DNA of 64,000 nucleotides, taken from Mobula hypostoma (taxonomy: Eukaryota). The notes below the pieces were generated by a model. The model was not told the origin of the DNA, did not search any database, and worked only from the letters and a program-made list of their open reading frames with translations. Position numbers and translations under genes: made by a program. How positions within the stretch are numbered: the stretch's first letter is position 1; every line of letters starts with the position of its first letter. The stretch covers positions 87,422,001-87,486,000 of the forward strand of contig NC_086108.1 in NCBI RefSeq assembly GCF_963921235.1, given 5' to 3'. This document shows positions 1 through 13,455 of this stretch, one piece after another.

Positions 1-2840
1 CGCCATTCAATTATGGCTGATTCTTTTTTCCCCTCCTCAGCCTCACTCCCTGCCCTTCTCCCCATAACCTTTGATGCCATGGCCAAACAAGAACGTATCA
101 AGCTCTGTCTTAAATACACCCAACAACCTGGCCTCCAGAGCTGCATGTAGTAACAAATTCACCACCCTCTGGCTAAAGAAATTTCTCTGCATCTCTGCTT
201 TACATGGACGCCCCTGTATCCTGAAATTGTGATCTTTTGTCCTAAACTCCCCCACCATGGGAAACATCCTTTCCACATCTACCCTGTCTAAGCCTTTCAA
301 CATTCAAAAGGTTTCAATAAAATCCCCCCTCATCCTTCTAAGTCCCAGCGAGTTCAGACCCAGAGCCATCAAACATTCCTTGTATGGTAACCCTTTCATT
401 CCCGGAATCATCCTTGTGAAAGTCCTCAGAACCCTCTCCAATGCCAGCACATCTTTTCTTAGATGAGGGGCTATTCACAATACTCGAGGTCAGACCTCAC
501 CAGTATGCTAAAGCCTCAGTATTGCACCCCTGTTCTTGTAGTCTAGACCTCTTGAAATGGGTGCCAACACTGCATTTGCCTTCCTCACCACCGACACGAC
601 CTGCAAGTTAACCTTTAGGGTTGTTCCGCACAAGGACTCCCAAGTCCCTTCACACCTCAGATTTCTGGATTTGCTCCCCATTTAGAAAATAGTCCACACA
701 TTTATTTCTACTATCAAAGGGTATGACCATGCCTTTTTCAACATTGTATTTTCATTTGCCAATTTCTTGCCCATTCTCCTAACCTGTCTCAATCATTCTA
801 CAGTTTTTTCAGAATCAGAATCAGGTTTATTATCACTGGCATGTGATGTTAGCTTCAACAGCATTAAAAGAATCGGCCCCAACACCTACTCCGGAGGTAC
901 ACCACTAATCACTGGCAGCTAACCAGAGCAGCATCCTCCCACCAATCAGCCAATTCTCTAACCATGATAGTAAATTCCCAGTAATATTATGGGCTCTTAA
1001 GCAGCCTCATGTGTGGCACCTTGTCAAAGGCTGTCTGAAAGTCCAAATATACAACATCCACTGCATCCCATTTATCTATCCTACCTGTAATCTCCTCAAA
1101 GAATTCCAACAGATTCATCAAGTAAGATCTTCCCTTAAGGAAACTATGGTGACTTTGTCCTATCTTGTCCTGTGTCACCAAGTACTCCATAACCTCATAC
1201 TTAACAATTGATCCCAACATCTTCCCAACCACTGAGGTCAGGCTAACTGCTCTATAATTTCCTTTTTTGAAAAGTGGTGTAACATTTGCAATTTTCCAGT
1301 CCGCCAGCATCGTGTCAGAGTCCAATGGTTTTTGAAAGATTATTTCTAATGGCTCCACAATCTCTACCGCTACCTCTTTCAGAACCCTCAGGTGCAGTTT
1401 ATCTGGTCCAGGTAACTTATGTATCCTTTGCTCTTTCAGTTTTTTGAGCATCTTATCTCTTGTAATATTAACTGCACTCACTTCTCTTCCTTCACACCCC
1501 TCAATATTTGGCAAACTTCTAGTGTCTTCCACAGTGAACTGCCATCTCTTTGTTCAACTGCCATCTCCTTGTCACCTGTTATTATTTCTCTGCCCTAATT
1601 TTCTAGCTGTCCTATATCCACTCTCATCTTTCATATTTCATCTTTTTCCTCCAAATGATTCTTGTAGTTGCTCTCTGTAGGTTTTTAGAAGCTTCCCAAA
1701 CCTCTATTTTCCCGCTAATTTTTGCTTTGTTGCATGTCCTCTCTTTTGCTTTTATCTTAGCTTTGACTTCCCTTGTCAGGCATGGTTTATAATAATTTGC
1801 CATTTGAGTATTTCTTCATTTTTGGAATACATCTATCCTGCACCTTCCTCATTTTTCCCAGAAACTCACACCATTGCTGCTCTGCTGTCATCCCTGTCAG
1901 CATCTCCTTCCAATTTACTTTCACCAGCTCCTCTTTCATAACACTGTAATTTCCTTTACTCCACTGAAATACTGCTACATCAGACTTTACTTTCTCCCTA
2001 TCAAATTTCAAGTTGAACTCAATCATACTGTGATCACTGCTCCTAAAGGTTCTTTTACCTTAAGCTTTCTAATCACTTCCAGTTCATTACATAACACTCA
2101 ATTCAGTATAGCTGATCCTCTAGTAGGTTCAACAATAACTGCTCTAAAAAGCCATCTCATGGGCATTCAACAAACTCACTCTCTGAGATCCATTACCGAA
2201 CTGATTTCCCCAATCGACCATCATGTTGAAACCTCCCATGACCATCATAACATTGCCCTTTTGACTCCCTTTTCTATTTCCCATTGTAATCGGTGGTCCA
2301 CATCCCATTTACTGTTGGGAGGCCTTTATATAATTGCCATCAGGGTCCTTTTACCCTTGCAGTTTCTTAAACTCAACCCACATGGATTCAACATCTTCCA
2401 TTCCTATGTCACATCTTTCTACTGATTTGATGCCATTCTTTACTAGCAGAGCCACACCACTCCCCTTCGCCTACCTTCCTACCCCTCCAATACAACATTT
2501 GACTTTGGACATTCAGCTCCCAACTACAACCATCCTGCAGCCACGATTCAGTGATGGCCACAACATCACACCTGACAATATGCAATAGTGCAACAGGATC
2601 ATCCACCTTATCTCTTATACTCCATGCATAACACTCTGAGTACTGTATTTGCTACCCTTTTTGATTCTGCATCCCTAATGCACTGGCACTTATCCTGGGG
2701 GCTGCAATTTTGTCCTATCATCCGCCTGCCCTTCCTGGCAGCCTGACTGCATGCTATCTTTGCTTTTTTACCATCCGTCCTATCCTGAGTTGCTTCACTC
2801 CGGTTCCCACTCCCCTGCCAAATTAGTTTAAACCCTCCCA
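1..2840 (-). mobile_element. Decayed CR1-clade LINE (ORF1 end, endonuclease, RT, 3' end; internally deleted)
   Basis: Minus ORFs with CR1 motifs: VAITESWL (2409-2606), GNYRAVSLTSVVGK and DVVYLDFQTAFDKVPH (987-1532), RNFFSQRVVNL (43-303). Many stops and frameshifts. Confidence 0.9.
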
Positions 2841-3013
2841 AATTAGTTTAAATTACTCAATATTTGAGTAATATTGAAAATATATTGTTTCATTAAGCAT
2901 TTTTTGTTGTTTACATAATTCATTACTATTATGGGTTATATGTAAAAGTATGTGAATGGCATGTATCATTACGCCACTATGTCATAAGTGCATGCCTCAC
3001 TAAAGTAAAACTA

Positions 3014-5540
3014 GTGCCAGGTGCAAATCTGCAGAGAGATAGCAGGCAACTGCAGGAAACACAAAGTTGTGGTGGTAGGGGATTTTAATTTTTCATATAT
3101 TGATTGGGACTCCCATACTGTTAGGGGTCTAGATGGTTTAGAGTTTGTAAAATGCGTTCAGGAAAGTTTTCTAAATCAATATATAGAGGTACCAACTAGA
3201 GGGGATGCAATATTGGATCTCCTGTTAGGAAACGAGTTAGGACAAGTGACGGAAGTGTGTGTAGGGGAGCACTTTGGTTCCAGTGATCATAACACCGTTA
3301 GTTTCAACTTGATCATGGACGAGGATAGATCTGGTCCTAGGGTTGAGGTTCTGAACTGGAAGAAGGCTAAATTTGAAGAAATGAGAAAGGATCTAAAAAG
3401 TGTGGATTGGGACAGGTTGTTCTCTGGCAAGGATGTGATCGGTAAGTGGGAAGCCTTCAAAGGAGAAATTTTGAGAGTGCAGAGCTTGTATGTTCCTGTC
3501 AGGATTAAAGGCAAACTGAGTAGGAATAAGGAACCTTGATTCTCAAGGGATATTGCAACTCTGATAAAGAAGAAGAGAGAGTTGTATGATGTGTATAGGA
3601 AACAGGGAGTAAATAAGGTGCTTGAGGAGTATAAAAAGTGCAAGAAAATAAGAAAGAAATCAGGAGGGTTAAAAGAAGACATGAGGTTGCCTTGGCAGTC
3701 AAAGTGAATGATAATCCAAAGAGTTTTTACAGGTATATTAAGAGTAAAAGGATTGTAAGGGATAAAATGGGTCCTCTTGAAGATCAGAGTGGTCGGCTAT
3801 GTGCAGAACCAAAAGAAATGGGGGAGATCTTAAATGGGTTTTTTGTGTCTGTATTTACTAAGGAAACTGGCATGAAGTCTATGGAATTAAGGGAAACAAG
3901 TAGTGAGATCATGGAAACTGTACTGATTGAAAAGGAGGAGGTGCTTGCTATCTTGAGGCAAATTAAAGTGGATAAATCCCCAGGACCTGACAGGGTGTTC
4001 CCTCGGACCTTGAAGGAGACTAGCGTTGAAATTGCAGGGGCCCTGGCAGATATATTTAAAATGTCGGTGTCTACGGGTGAGGTGCCAGAGGATTGGAGAG
4101 TGGCTCATGTTGTTCCGTTGATTAAAAAAGGATCGAAATGTAATCCAGGAAATTATAGGCTGGTAAATTTGACGTCGGTAGTGGGTAAGTTATTGGAGGG
4201 AGTACCAAGAGACAGAATCTACAAGCATTTGGATATACAGGGACTTATTAGGGAGAGTCAACATGGTTTTGTGCGTGGTAGGTCATGTTTGACCAATCTA
4301 TTGGAGTTTTTCTAGAAGGTTACCAGGAAAGTGGATGAAGGGAAAGCAGTGAATGTTGTCTACATGGATTTCAGTAAGGCCTTTGACAAGGTCCCGCATG
4401 GGAGGTTAGTTAGGAAAATTCAGTCGCTAGGTATACATGGAGAGGTGGTAAATTGGATTAGACATTGGCTCAATGGAAGAAGCCAAAGAGTGGTAGTAGA
4501 GAATTGCTTCTCAGAGTGGAGGCCTGTGACTAGTGGTGTGCCACAGGGATCAGTGCTGTGTCTATTGTTATTTGTCATCTATATCAATGATCTGGATGAT
4601 AATGTGGTAAATTGGATCAGCAAATTTACAGATGATACGAAGACTGGAGGTGTAGTGGACAGTGAGGAAGGTTTTCAGAGCCTGCAGAGGGACTTGGACC
4701 AGCTGGGAAAATGGGCTGAAAAATGGCAGATGGAGTTTAATACAGACAAATGTGAGGTATTGCATTTTGGAAGGACAAACCAACGTAGAACATACAGGGT
4801 AAATGGTAAGGCACTGAGGAGTGCAGTAGAACAGAGGGATCTGGGAATACAGATACAAAATTCCCTAAGAGTGGCGTCACAGGTAGATAGGGTCGTAAAG
4901 AGAGTTTTTGGTACATTGGCCTTTATTAATCAAAGTATTGAGTATAAGAGCTGGAATGTTATGATGAGGTTGTATAAGGCATTGGTGAGGCCGAATCTGG
5001 AGTACTGTGTTCAGTTTTGGTCACCAAATTACAGGAAGGATATTAATAAGGTTGAAAGAGTGCAGAGAAGGTTTACAAGGATGATGCCAGGACTTGAGAA
5101 ACTCAGTTACAGAGAAAGGTTGAATAGGTTAGGACTTTATTCCCTGCAGAGTAGAAGAATGAGGGGAGATTTGATAGCGGTATATAAAATTATGATGAGT
5201 ATAGATAGAGTGAATGCAAGCAGGCTTTTTCCACTGAGGCAAGGGGAGAAAAAAACCAGAGGACATGGGTTAAGGGTGAGGGGGGAAAAGTTTAAAGGGA
5301 ACATTAGCGGGGGCTTCTTCACACAGAGAGTGGTGGGAGTATGGAATGAGCTGCCAGACGAGGTGGTAAATGCGGGTTCTTTTTTAGCATTTAAGAATAA
5401 ATTGGACAGATACATGGATGGGAGGTGTATGGAGAGATATGGTCCGTGTGCAGGTCAGTGGGACTAGGCAGAAAATAGTTCGGCACAGCCAAGAAGGGCC
5501 AAAAGGCCTATTTCGGTGCTGTAGTTTTTCTATGGTTTCT
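3014..5540 (+). mobile_element. 5'-truncated, fairly young CR1 LINE inserted in the Gypsy 5' LTR
   Basis: ORFs 3021-3539 (GDFN, ILDLLL, SDHN endonuclease), 3638-4315 and 4331-5467 (SGVPQGS, FTDD, LEYCVQFWSP). TTCTAT-type tail at ~5530. LTR sequence resumes at 5541. Confidence 0.95.
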
Positions 5541-6990
5541 AAGTATTCCCATTTATTCAGGTCTCCCAAATGTTTCTTTTGATTAATTTCTGGAATTATA
5601 AAACATAACAGTGGTGATGAGGAAGCCTTAACATGAATCCCAGATGGCTACCTACCTATGGAAGCACAGCGAGATGTTCAAGTTTTAAAAAAGCGCAGTA
5701 TTTTTTTTTCAGAATGGGAGAAAGGCATTTGAGTGTTTTAAAAAAGGTGGAATGTGGATGAAATTTACAATTTCATAAATAGTGAGTACCGAGCAATAAA
5801 AATAATAAATATTTTTTTAAAAGCAAAATTGCTGCTACATCAGAAAGTAGACACATTCGATTGCACTAAAGATAACCGGTTGATGTATACTGAATGAACT
5901 GAACAGTATTTTAAAGCAAATGAAAAAAACAATGAAAAGCAAGTGCCAGTTTTGCTGAGTGCAATTGGTGGAAAAGCACACAGTTTGCTTAGAAGTTTAA
6001 CTGCTCCAGCCAAGCCAGCCGAAAGTAGCTTTGCCAATATCATGAAAGTAATGTAGGAACATTTGAAACCGAAACCATTGTTGATTGCAGAATGCTTCAG
6101 ATTTCATAAGCAAAATCAAAAGGAAGAGGAATCCATTTTAGCTTATGTGGCTGAATTGAAGAAATCGTCTAAGCATTGTCAGTTCAGTAAAGAGCATAAT
6201 GATACACGGAGAGGTCATTTAGTTTGTGTTATCTCACAAGAAAACATTCAAAAAAGGCATTACTCACATTTAAGAAAGCAGTTGAAATCACAGTATCAAT
6301 GGAAACAGCAGTCAGAATTGCAATTGAGTTGCAGTCAGGAATGAAAGTGAGCATGAACAAAATTGCAATGTTTAAACAGAAAGCGACTTGACCAGACAAA
6401 TTTTGTTACTGTTGTGGCAGGAGCTCACTTACACCAAGCCAATGCAGATTTAAAACAGAAACTTGCAAACAATGCAACATAATTCAAGGCATACAAAGAG
6501 CATGTCAGATAGACATTATAAATGGACTATACAAGGAAGAGAAAAAATAAATAAAAAGTCAAGTTTCAGTCTCAAAAAGAGCACTAATTTGCATGCTGTT
6601 GATGAAAAATCTGATAATGATGACAGTGACAAAGGACTGAGTACCCTTGAGACTGACAATGTGAAAATGACAATAGACATGCAATATGGCTTATACTGGA
6701 AGTGAACAGCAAATTAATTAAAATAGAATTGGACACTGCCTTAGCAGTTTCAGTCATTCCACAAAATGAGTTTGAACAGCATTTCAAGGATAGTAAACTG
6801 AAGCCTGCAGATATCCACCCAAGTACTTATACTGGAGAAAATATAACTCCTATGAGAATGACATTTGTAACAGTGCAATACAAACAATAACCAAAAATCA
6901 CATTGGCCTTGTATGTGGTAAAAACAGGAAGACCAGTATTGTGGGACTGTGATTGGCTGAGACAACAACAATTTGATTGGAGATTCATTC

Positions 6991-7672
6991 AGATTCATGT
7001 TGAGGAGAAGGAGAAGATGGCGGCGCGACACAGCTTGCAGCAGCCACTCCGGTGATGAATATCTGTTATCTGTCAAGTAGGGTGCCGTGCACAATCCTGA
7101 TTTGATGGAGACAGACGTGAGAGCACGGAGGAACATCTGGTGAAACTTCTGAAATGCCTGTTTCGCTGCCGCTGCTACTGTGTGATCCAGAATCTCCGGA
7201 GGAGAAGGCCTCGACTCCTCGGCTTTGCTTGTTGCTCGGAAGCCGGGGCGGAGTCGAAGCGCTCGGCAGCCGGGGCGGAGTCGAAGCGCTCGGCAGAGGA
7301 TGATGCTCGGTGCTCGGTGTCGAAGGGCTGGTCGGAGGCTCAAAGTTTTCAGACAGGCTCAGGGTCGGCTGCAGTCGGGTGCTTCCAATGCATCGGCAAG
7401 TTTGCGGTGCTTCCGTCTGCGTAAGATTATGGGGCTATCGGGTCTTGAGACTTTTTTTACCATGCCCATGGTCTGCTCTTTATCAAATTACGGTATTGCT
7501 TTGCACTGTTGTAACTATATGTTATAATTATGTGGTTTTTTCAGTTTAGTCTTGGTTTGTCCTGTGTTTATGTGATATCTTTCTGGAGGAACATTGTATC
7601 ATTTTTAATGCATGCATTTCTAAATGACAATAAACGAGGACTGAGTATCCTCATAATCTAATCTAATCTAAT
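6991..7672 (+). mobile_element. Non-autonomous retroposon with (CTAAT)n tail, inserted in Gypsy pol
   Basis: Interrupts the protease-RT linker. GC/CpG-rich head AAGATGGCGGCG, internal 27-bp tandem repeat x2 (7241-7294), AATAAA then CTAATCTAATCTAATC. Confidence 0.7.
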
Positions 7673-10119
7673 CCTCTATTTGTATACCACACCCCAGCAA
7701 AAGAGGTAACTGAAAGTGAGTTAAGAAAGATATTCACTGATGCCACTGCAGTGTTCAAGTACGGCAATGGAAAATTCAAACATATCAAGGGTAAAATAGT
7801 GTTAAATGAAAATGCTAACCCAACTTTGACTAAACCTGTCAGGATCCTTAGACCATCTGTGATAAAGTAACTAGAGAACTGGGTCATATGGAGGTTAAAG
7901 GAATTCTTTCCAACATTGAGAGCAGCCCCTAGGAAAACCCAAGTGGTCCCAATCCCCAAGAAGAATGGGTCTGTCATGATCTGTGGTGATTTTAAGGTTA
8001 GCATCAACCCAGTACTGAAAGTAGATCAATACCTTCTGCCCAGAATAGAGGATATCTTTGCAAACCTTTCTGGAAGAAAACACTTCAGCAAAATGGACTT
8101 AGCTGAGACCTACCTACAGATGGAGACGCAAGAAGTATCCAAAGTGTTTCTCACCATAAACACTCACAAAAGGGCTTTATCGCTTTAAAAAGGGCTTATT
8201 TTGGAGTAGCACCATTGATGCACAGAAATTACACAAGTGTGCTGGGAAAATTCAAGCAGTGATGGATGCCCCAAGGCCAAAGGACGTGTCACAGTTTTGG
8301 TTCTTTTCAGTATTTGTCAATTTCTATAACATTTTCCTGCCAAACCTGGCTACCGTGCTCCGCCCCTTGAACTTATTACTACAGATCAGGAAGAAATGGC
8401 AATGGACAAAGCAGTGTGAGGGTAAAGGAAACAGGGATGTCAGACACTGTACTTCCATGTTATGATCCACTTTGTGCAGTGAAGCTCGCCTGTGATGTCT
8501 CACCTTATGGTATAGGTACAGTAATGTCACATGTTATGAGTGATGGGAGTGAACACCCATAACCTATGCATCACATTTCTTTACCACTACAGAAAATAAT
8601 TAAACACAGATTGACAGAGAGGCCTTGAGTCTGGTTTAGGGTATGAACTGTTTCAACTTGTATTGGAGCAAGTTTACCCTCATTACAGATCGTCAACCAC
8701 TAGTGTCAATTTTCAATCCAAAGAAGGGTGTTCCACTAATAGTAGCAGCACAAATGCAGAAATGGGCTCTGTTTCTTGGAGGGCACAGTTACAAGATTGA
8801 ATTCAAGAGGACAACTAATAATAGACATGCTGATGGATTGTCCTGTTTACCCTTGGAAAAGGAAATACCTGAAAAATTTACGAAAGAGGGCACTCCTCTT
8901 GGCGTATTCTCCTTAATGCAAGTCAAAGTCCCCCTATTACAGCAGAGATGATCCAAAGGGAAACCAGAAAAGACCCCACACTGTCTCATGTCTACATTGC
9001 AATCCAAAATGGCTGGAAAGTGCAACATAAGTTCCATTTCACCCATTTTTAACAGCACCAGGATGAACTTGTCCTTAATAGGAGTTGCCTTATGTAGGGA
9101 TTGAGAGTTGTTGTACCATCCAAACTGAAGGCTAAGATGTTGGAGGAGCTACACGCCGGTCATTAAGGAGTGGTAAAAATGAAAGCATTGGCTTGAAGCT
9201 TTGTCTGGTGGCCTGAGATTGATCAGCAGATCAAGCAGCTTGCCGCGCACTCTTTAGGATACCAACACATCCAGAAGATGCCAAGAACAGCACTTTTCCA
9301 TCCCTGGCAGAGGGTTCATGTGGATTTTGCTGGACCATTCATGGGCACAAATTTCTTAGTAGTACTGGATGCACCCACAAAGTGGCCATAAGTGTTCCCA
9401 ATAGCCTCCACTACATCCTCACACACTGTTGATGTGTTGAGAAGAGGCTTCACAAGGATGGTGTTCCAGAACACTTAGTCAGTGACAATGGACCACATTT
9501 TGTTGTGGAATAACTCAGTCACTCCTGAAAATGAATGGAATAAGACATATTACATTGGCACCATACCACCAGCTACAAATGGCTTGGCAGAAAAGTTTGT
9601 CCAGAATCTAGACAACCCTCTGCGAGTAATGTTAGCAGAACACTCTACACTGTCACGAATCTGAGGTTTGCCAATTTCCTCCTTGCATGTCGTAATGCAG
9701 CACACTCCATAATCAAAAACTCACCAGCTATGCTGTTCTTGGGTCATCCCACTTGCTCATACTTGCGTCTCCTCAAACTCAAGGAGTATGTAGGACAAAC
9801 AACTGGGACAAACTGAGTGCTCCTCAGGCAAAGAGATTTGATGTTTCACTCCTCGAGTAACAGTCCTGATGAGGGACTACAGAAGTGATCAAAAGTGAAT
9901 ACTTGGAAAGATTCTGCCTGATGTTATCTGGAGATGACACACTGTTGAGAAAGGTGTGTAGCCCTGTCAGAACTACTCCTTAAAGTCCCAGAGGCAACTC
10001 CTACAACCACCATGGTGGAGGCCCAGAGCCCAAGATTGTTTCACAGACACATATGTATATGTTGAGATGCATTCTATATTGATTGGAGTTAATAACTAAG
10101 CAGAGAGGAGTGCTGTGTA

Positions 10120-10459
10120 TGTAACCCTCTCACCAGGCTCATGTACAAACTAGGCTCATTAGTTAACTCTGCTAACAGCCACGTGACTCAGTGGTGAAAA
10201 GGCCACCATTCATAAACAATATACATCTAGGGTCAGTACGATATGGGGTTCATCCAAACAGGAACGTCGTGATGTCCCAATTAAGGAAATCTTGATTTGA
10301 TCCTGAATGGCTGACTCACCTTCCTAAGACGGACAACATGACCTTACCTTAGCCAAAGCCAAAACACACTTTGCAGCATGACACCCTGCTTTTACAGGAA
10401 ACTGCTAATGTAAACTACCTCGCAGCATAGTAGTAGAAATCTTTAACCAGGGTATTAAA
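10120..10459. mobile_element. Solo LTR inserted in the Gypsy 3' LTR
   Basis: Starts TGTAACCC, ends GGGTATTAAA (one change from ...TACA). 4-bp TSD TGTA at 10116-10119 and 10460-10463. Confidence 0.7.
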
Positions 10460-11230
10460 TGTATTTAATATTTCAGTAATATTTGAGTAATATAAATATA
10501 TTGTTTAATTAAGCATTCTTTGCTGTTTGCATAATTCATTATGGGTTATATGTAAAAGTATGTAAACGGAATAGGTTATTACGCCACCATGTCATAAGTG
10601 TGTGCCTCACTCAAGTAAAAACTAAGCATACACGATTATCATGTTTTTCTTTCAATTAATTTCTGGAGTTACAAAACATAACAAGAGGATCATTTAATTA
10701 CACAGATGCAATTTGGCTTTCATCTGGTTGACAGCATGAACTGGTATTGACTAAAGCAATCATGTTCAGTGTATCTCTTACCCATGCAGGCCACTTCCCC
10801 CTTTCTTAACAGGAGACATCATTTCTGCTTCCCAAGAACATGTGTTTTTCTAGCTCTGGTTGTTAACAGACATTAGCACAGTAAGCTATGCCAGTTATTT
10901 CCTTTAGAAGTCATAATTTATTTTAATGCCAATATATGGAAATGTATAATTTTCTCTAAGAAGAAACGCCATTTGGCAACCATTAATTCTCTCCATGTAT
11001 CAGCAGCATGCTATTGTAGTTTTCTGTCTTTGTATGTCATTTCCTAACAGAATGGGAACTTGGACCTCCTACCAGTTGATGTGGTTAGCAGAATAAATTG
11101 ATACCATCTATATTTAAAACTGATTTGTAGTAAGCCTTCCCAGCATTTTATTTCCTTTAACCTGTTCACTACTTTTTAATGTGGTCCTTTCATTTTCCAT
11201 TCAGTTAATTTGAGTGTTATGATCAGTAGA

Positions 11231-12166
11231 TGGAGAATAGATGGAGAAGTGAGTCAGTTTACGAAAATCAAAAGAGGCATCAGATAAGGGTGTGTTTTCT
11301 CCCCTGATTTATTTAATGTGTACAGTGAAACAGTATTACAAAAAAATAAGAGACGTCTTGGGAATCAAAGTTGGTGGTGAAAACATCAATTTCAGATATG
11401 CAGATGACACTGTGTTAATTGCAAGTACGGAGGAAGAACTACAAAACTTAATTGATATAATTGTTGAAGAAAGTGCAAAAATGGGTCTATCTATCAATTG
11501 CAAAAAGACAGAATGTATGGTGATATCCAAAAAGAAAGAGAATCCTATCTGCAGGCTGAGAATAAATGGGGAAGACACAAAACAAGTACAGAACTTTTGC
11601 TACTTAGGAATCTGGGTGACATCAGATGGCAGGTGCAACATGGACATCAAAAGAATAGGGATGGCAAAAGAAACCTTAACAAGAATGAAGCGTATACTGA
11701 CCAATACTAAACTAGGCATGACAACCCACCTCAGGGTACTGAAATGTTACGTCTATCCAGTTATGTTATGTGGCTCAGAATGTTGGACAATATCTAGCAA
11801 CATGAGGAAACGAATTGAAGCAGCAGAGATGTGGTTTTTGAGGAGGATGCAAAGAATATCATGGACGAAATGAATATCAAACAAGGATGTCATGAACAGA
11901 GTAAACACAAAAAGAGAAATAATGTATGAGATCATGAAAAGGCAATGTAACTTCATTGGACATGTGATTAGGAAAGAGGAGTAGGAATGCACGGTAATTA
12001 TGGGAAAGATTGAAGGGAAGAAAGCAAGAGGAAGACAAAGACAAATGATGATGGAGACAGCAGCTGGAGAACTGGAAATGAATACCAATGAATTGATCCA
12101 CTTGACCCGAAACAAGAGTGTGTGGGCCATGGCAGTCAAAGCTCAAACTGGGCACGGCACCTGATG
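11231..12166 (+). mobile_element. 5'-truncated RTE-clade LINE
   Basis: ORF 11292-11873 with RYADDTVLIA, YLG and EAAEMWFLRRM. (TGA)n tail. 12-bp TSD ATGATCAGTAGA at 11219-11230 and 12167-12178. Confidence 0.9.
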
Positions 12167-12665
12167 ATGATCAGTAGAATGTCATTTGCATTTAGTAGAT
12201 CTTCACCATGACTGGAACCACAGCTGCCTCTTGGAAATGCTGAACAGGGCTCCTTTGAGTTCCTGTGTCCTTAGGGCAGTGAGGCCCTTCTTGTTACCGT
12301 TCATCCCTCTCAGTCTCAGCTACGTAGCTGTACTTTGGTTTTAATGCTGGTATGGGTCCAGCTGAAAGTCTTTCATTTGCTGTCTCATCTGATGAGTTCC
12401 TCCTGTTCTTTTTATGTTGGATCAGATTCCAGCATTTCCATTCTGAATATAGTTGTGTTTAAAATTTTCCTTCCTTTGCTAAAGTTTGAGTCAAATTATA
12501 TCAATAAAATAATACATGCAAACAGAAATTACAGCCCATTTGTGTTGATGGTGTATTTGTACTTCCAGGTTTAAATGCAGAATTTATTTAGGTTATGACA
12601 TGCAAATAGTTTTACTATTTTAAGGAAAAATTCCCCTCCATGTTAAAGCCACTGCTAATGGAGGG

Positions 12666-13455
12666 AACATACATCAAAGTTGCTGGTGAATGCAGCAGGC
12701 CAAGCAGCATCTATAGGAAGAGGTGCAGTCGACGTTTCAGGCCGAGACCCTTAGTCAGGACTAACTGAAGGAAGAGTGAGTAAGGGATTTGAAAGTTGGA
12801 GGGGGAGGGGGAGATCCAAAATGATAGAAGAAGACAGGAGGGGGAGGGATAGAGCCAAGAGCTTGTCAGGTGATAGGCAAAAGGGGATACGAGAAGATCA
12901 TGGGACAGGAGGTCCGGGAAGAAAGACAAGGAGGGGGGGAGTTGACCCAGAGGATGGGCAAGAGGTATATTCAGAGGGACAGAGGGAGAAAAAGGAGAGT
13001 GAGAGAAAGAATGTGTGCATAAAAATGAGTAACAGATGGGGTACGAGGGGGAGGTGGGGCCTTAGTGGAAGTTAGAGAAGCCGATGTTCATGCCATCAGG
13101 TTGGAAGCTACCCAGACGGAATATAAGGTGTTGTTCCTCCAACCTGAGTGTGGCTTCATCTCCACAGTAGAGGAGGCCGTGGACAGACATGTCAGAATGG
13201 GAATGGGATGTGGAATTAAAATGTGTGGCCACTGGGAGATCCTGCTTTCTCTGGCGGACAGAGCGTAGGTGTTCAGCAAAGCGGTCTCCCAGTCTGCGTC
13301 GGGTCTCACCAATATATAAAAGGCCACATCGGGAGCACCGGACGCAGTATATCACCCCAGTCGACTCACAGGTGAAGTGATGCCTCACCTGGAAGGACTG
13401 TTTGGGGCCCTGAATGGTGGTAAGGCAGGAAGTGTAAGTGCATGTGTAGCACTTG
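12666..13455 (-). mobile_element. Penelope-like element 3' part (GIY-YIG endonuclease end, pseudo-LTR with hammerhead motif)
   Basis: ORF 13062-13388 FTCESTGVIYCVRCSRCGLLYIGETRRRLGDRFAEH...HFN. On the minus strand, agtc-CTGACTA-agggtctcggcct-GAAACGTC-gact at 12727-12762 (core G8 mutated). Confidence 0.92.

Larger units (their letters stand above)
2859..10683 (+). mobile_element. Decayed Gypsy/Ty3 LTR retrotransposon (gag-PR-RT-RNaseH-IN) with three nested insertions
   Basis: Matching LTRs: 5' LTR ~2859-3013 plus 5541-5610; 3' LTR 10111-10119 plus 10460-10683; both end AAACATAACA. PBS-like TGGTGATGAGG at 5612, purine tract GCAGAGAGGAG at ~10100-10110. Fragments: gag LIAECFRFHKQNQ, protease ELDTAL, RT ICGDFKVSINP..FSKMDL, RNaseH FTLITDRQPL..HADGLS, integrase PATNGLAEKFVQ. 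Confidence 0.9.

Noticed and set aside
3287..5415. Antisense ORFs over CR1 (similar ones over RTE and L1)
   Set aside because: Shadow frames of retroelement coding sequence.
6750..7549. Overlapping Arg/Ala-rich ORFs with a RALRLRPG repeat
   Set aside because: They arise from a GC-rich retroposon and its 27-bp tandem repeat, and cross the element boundary.
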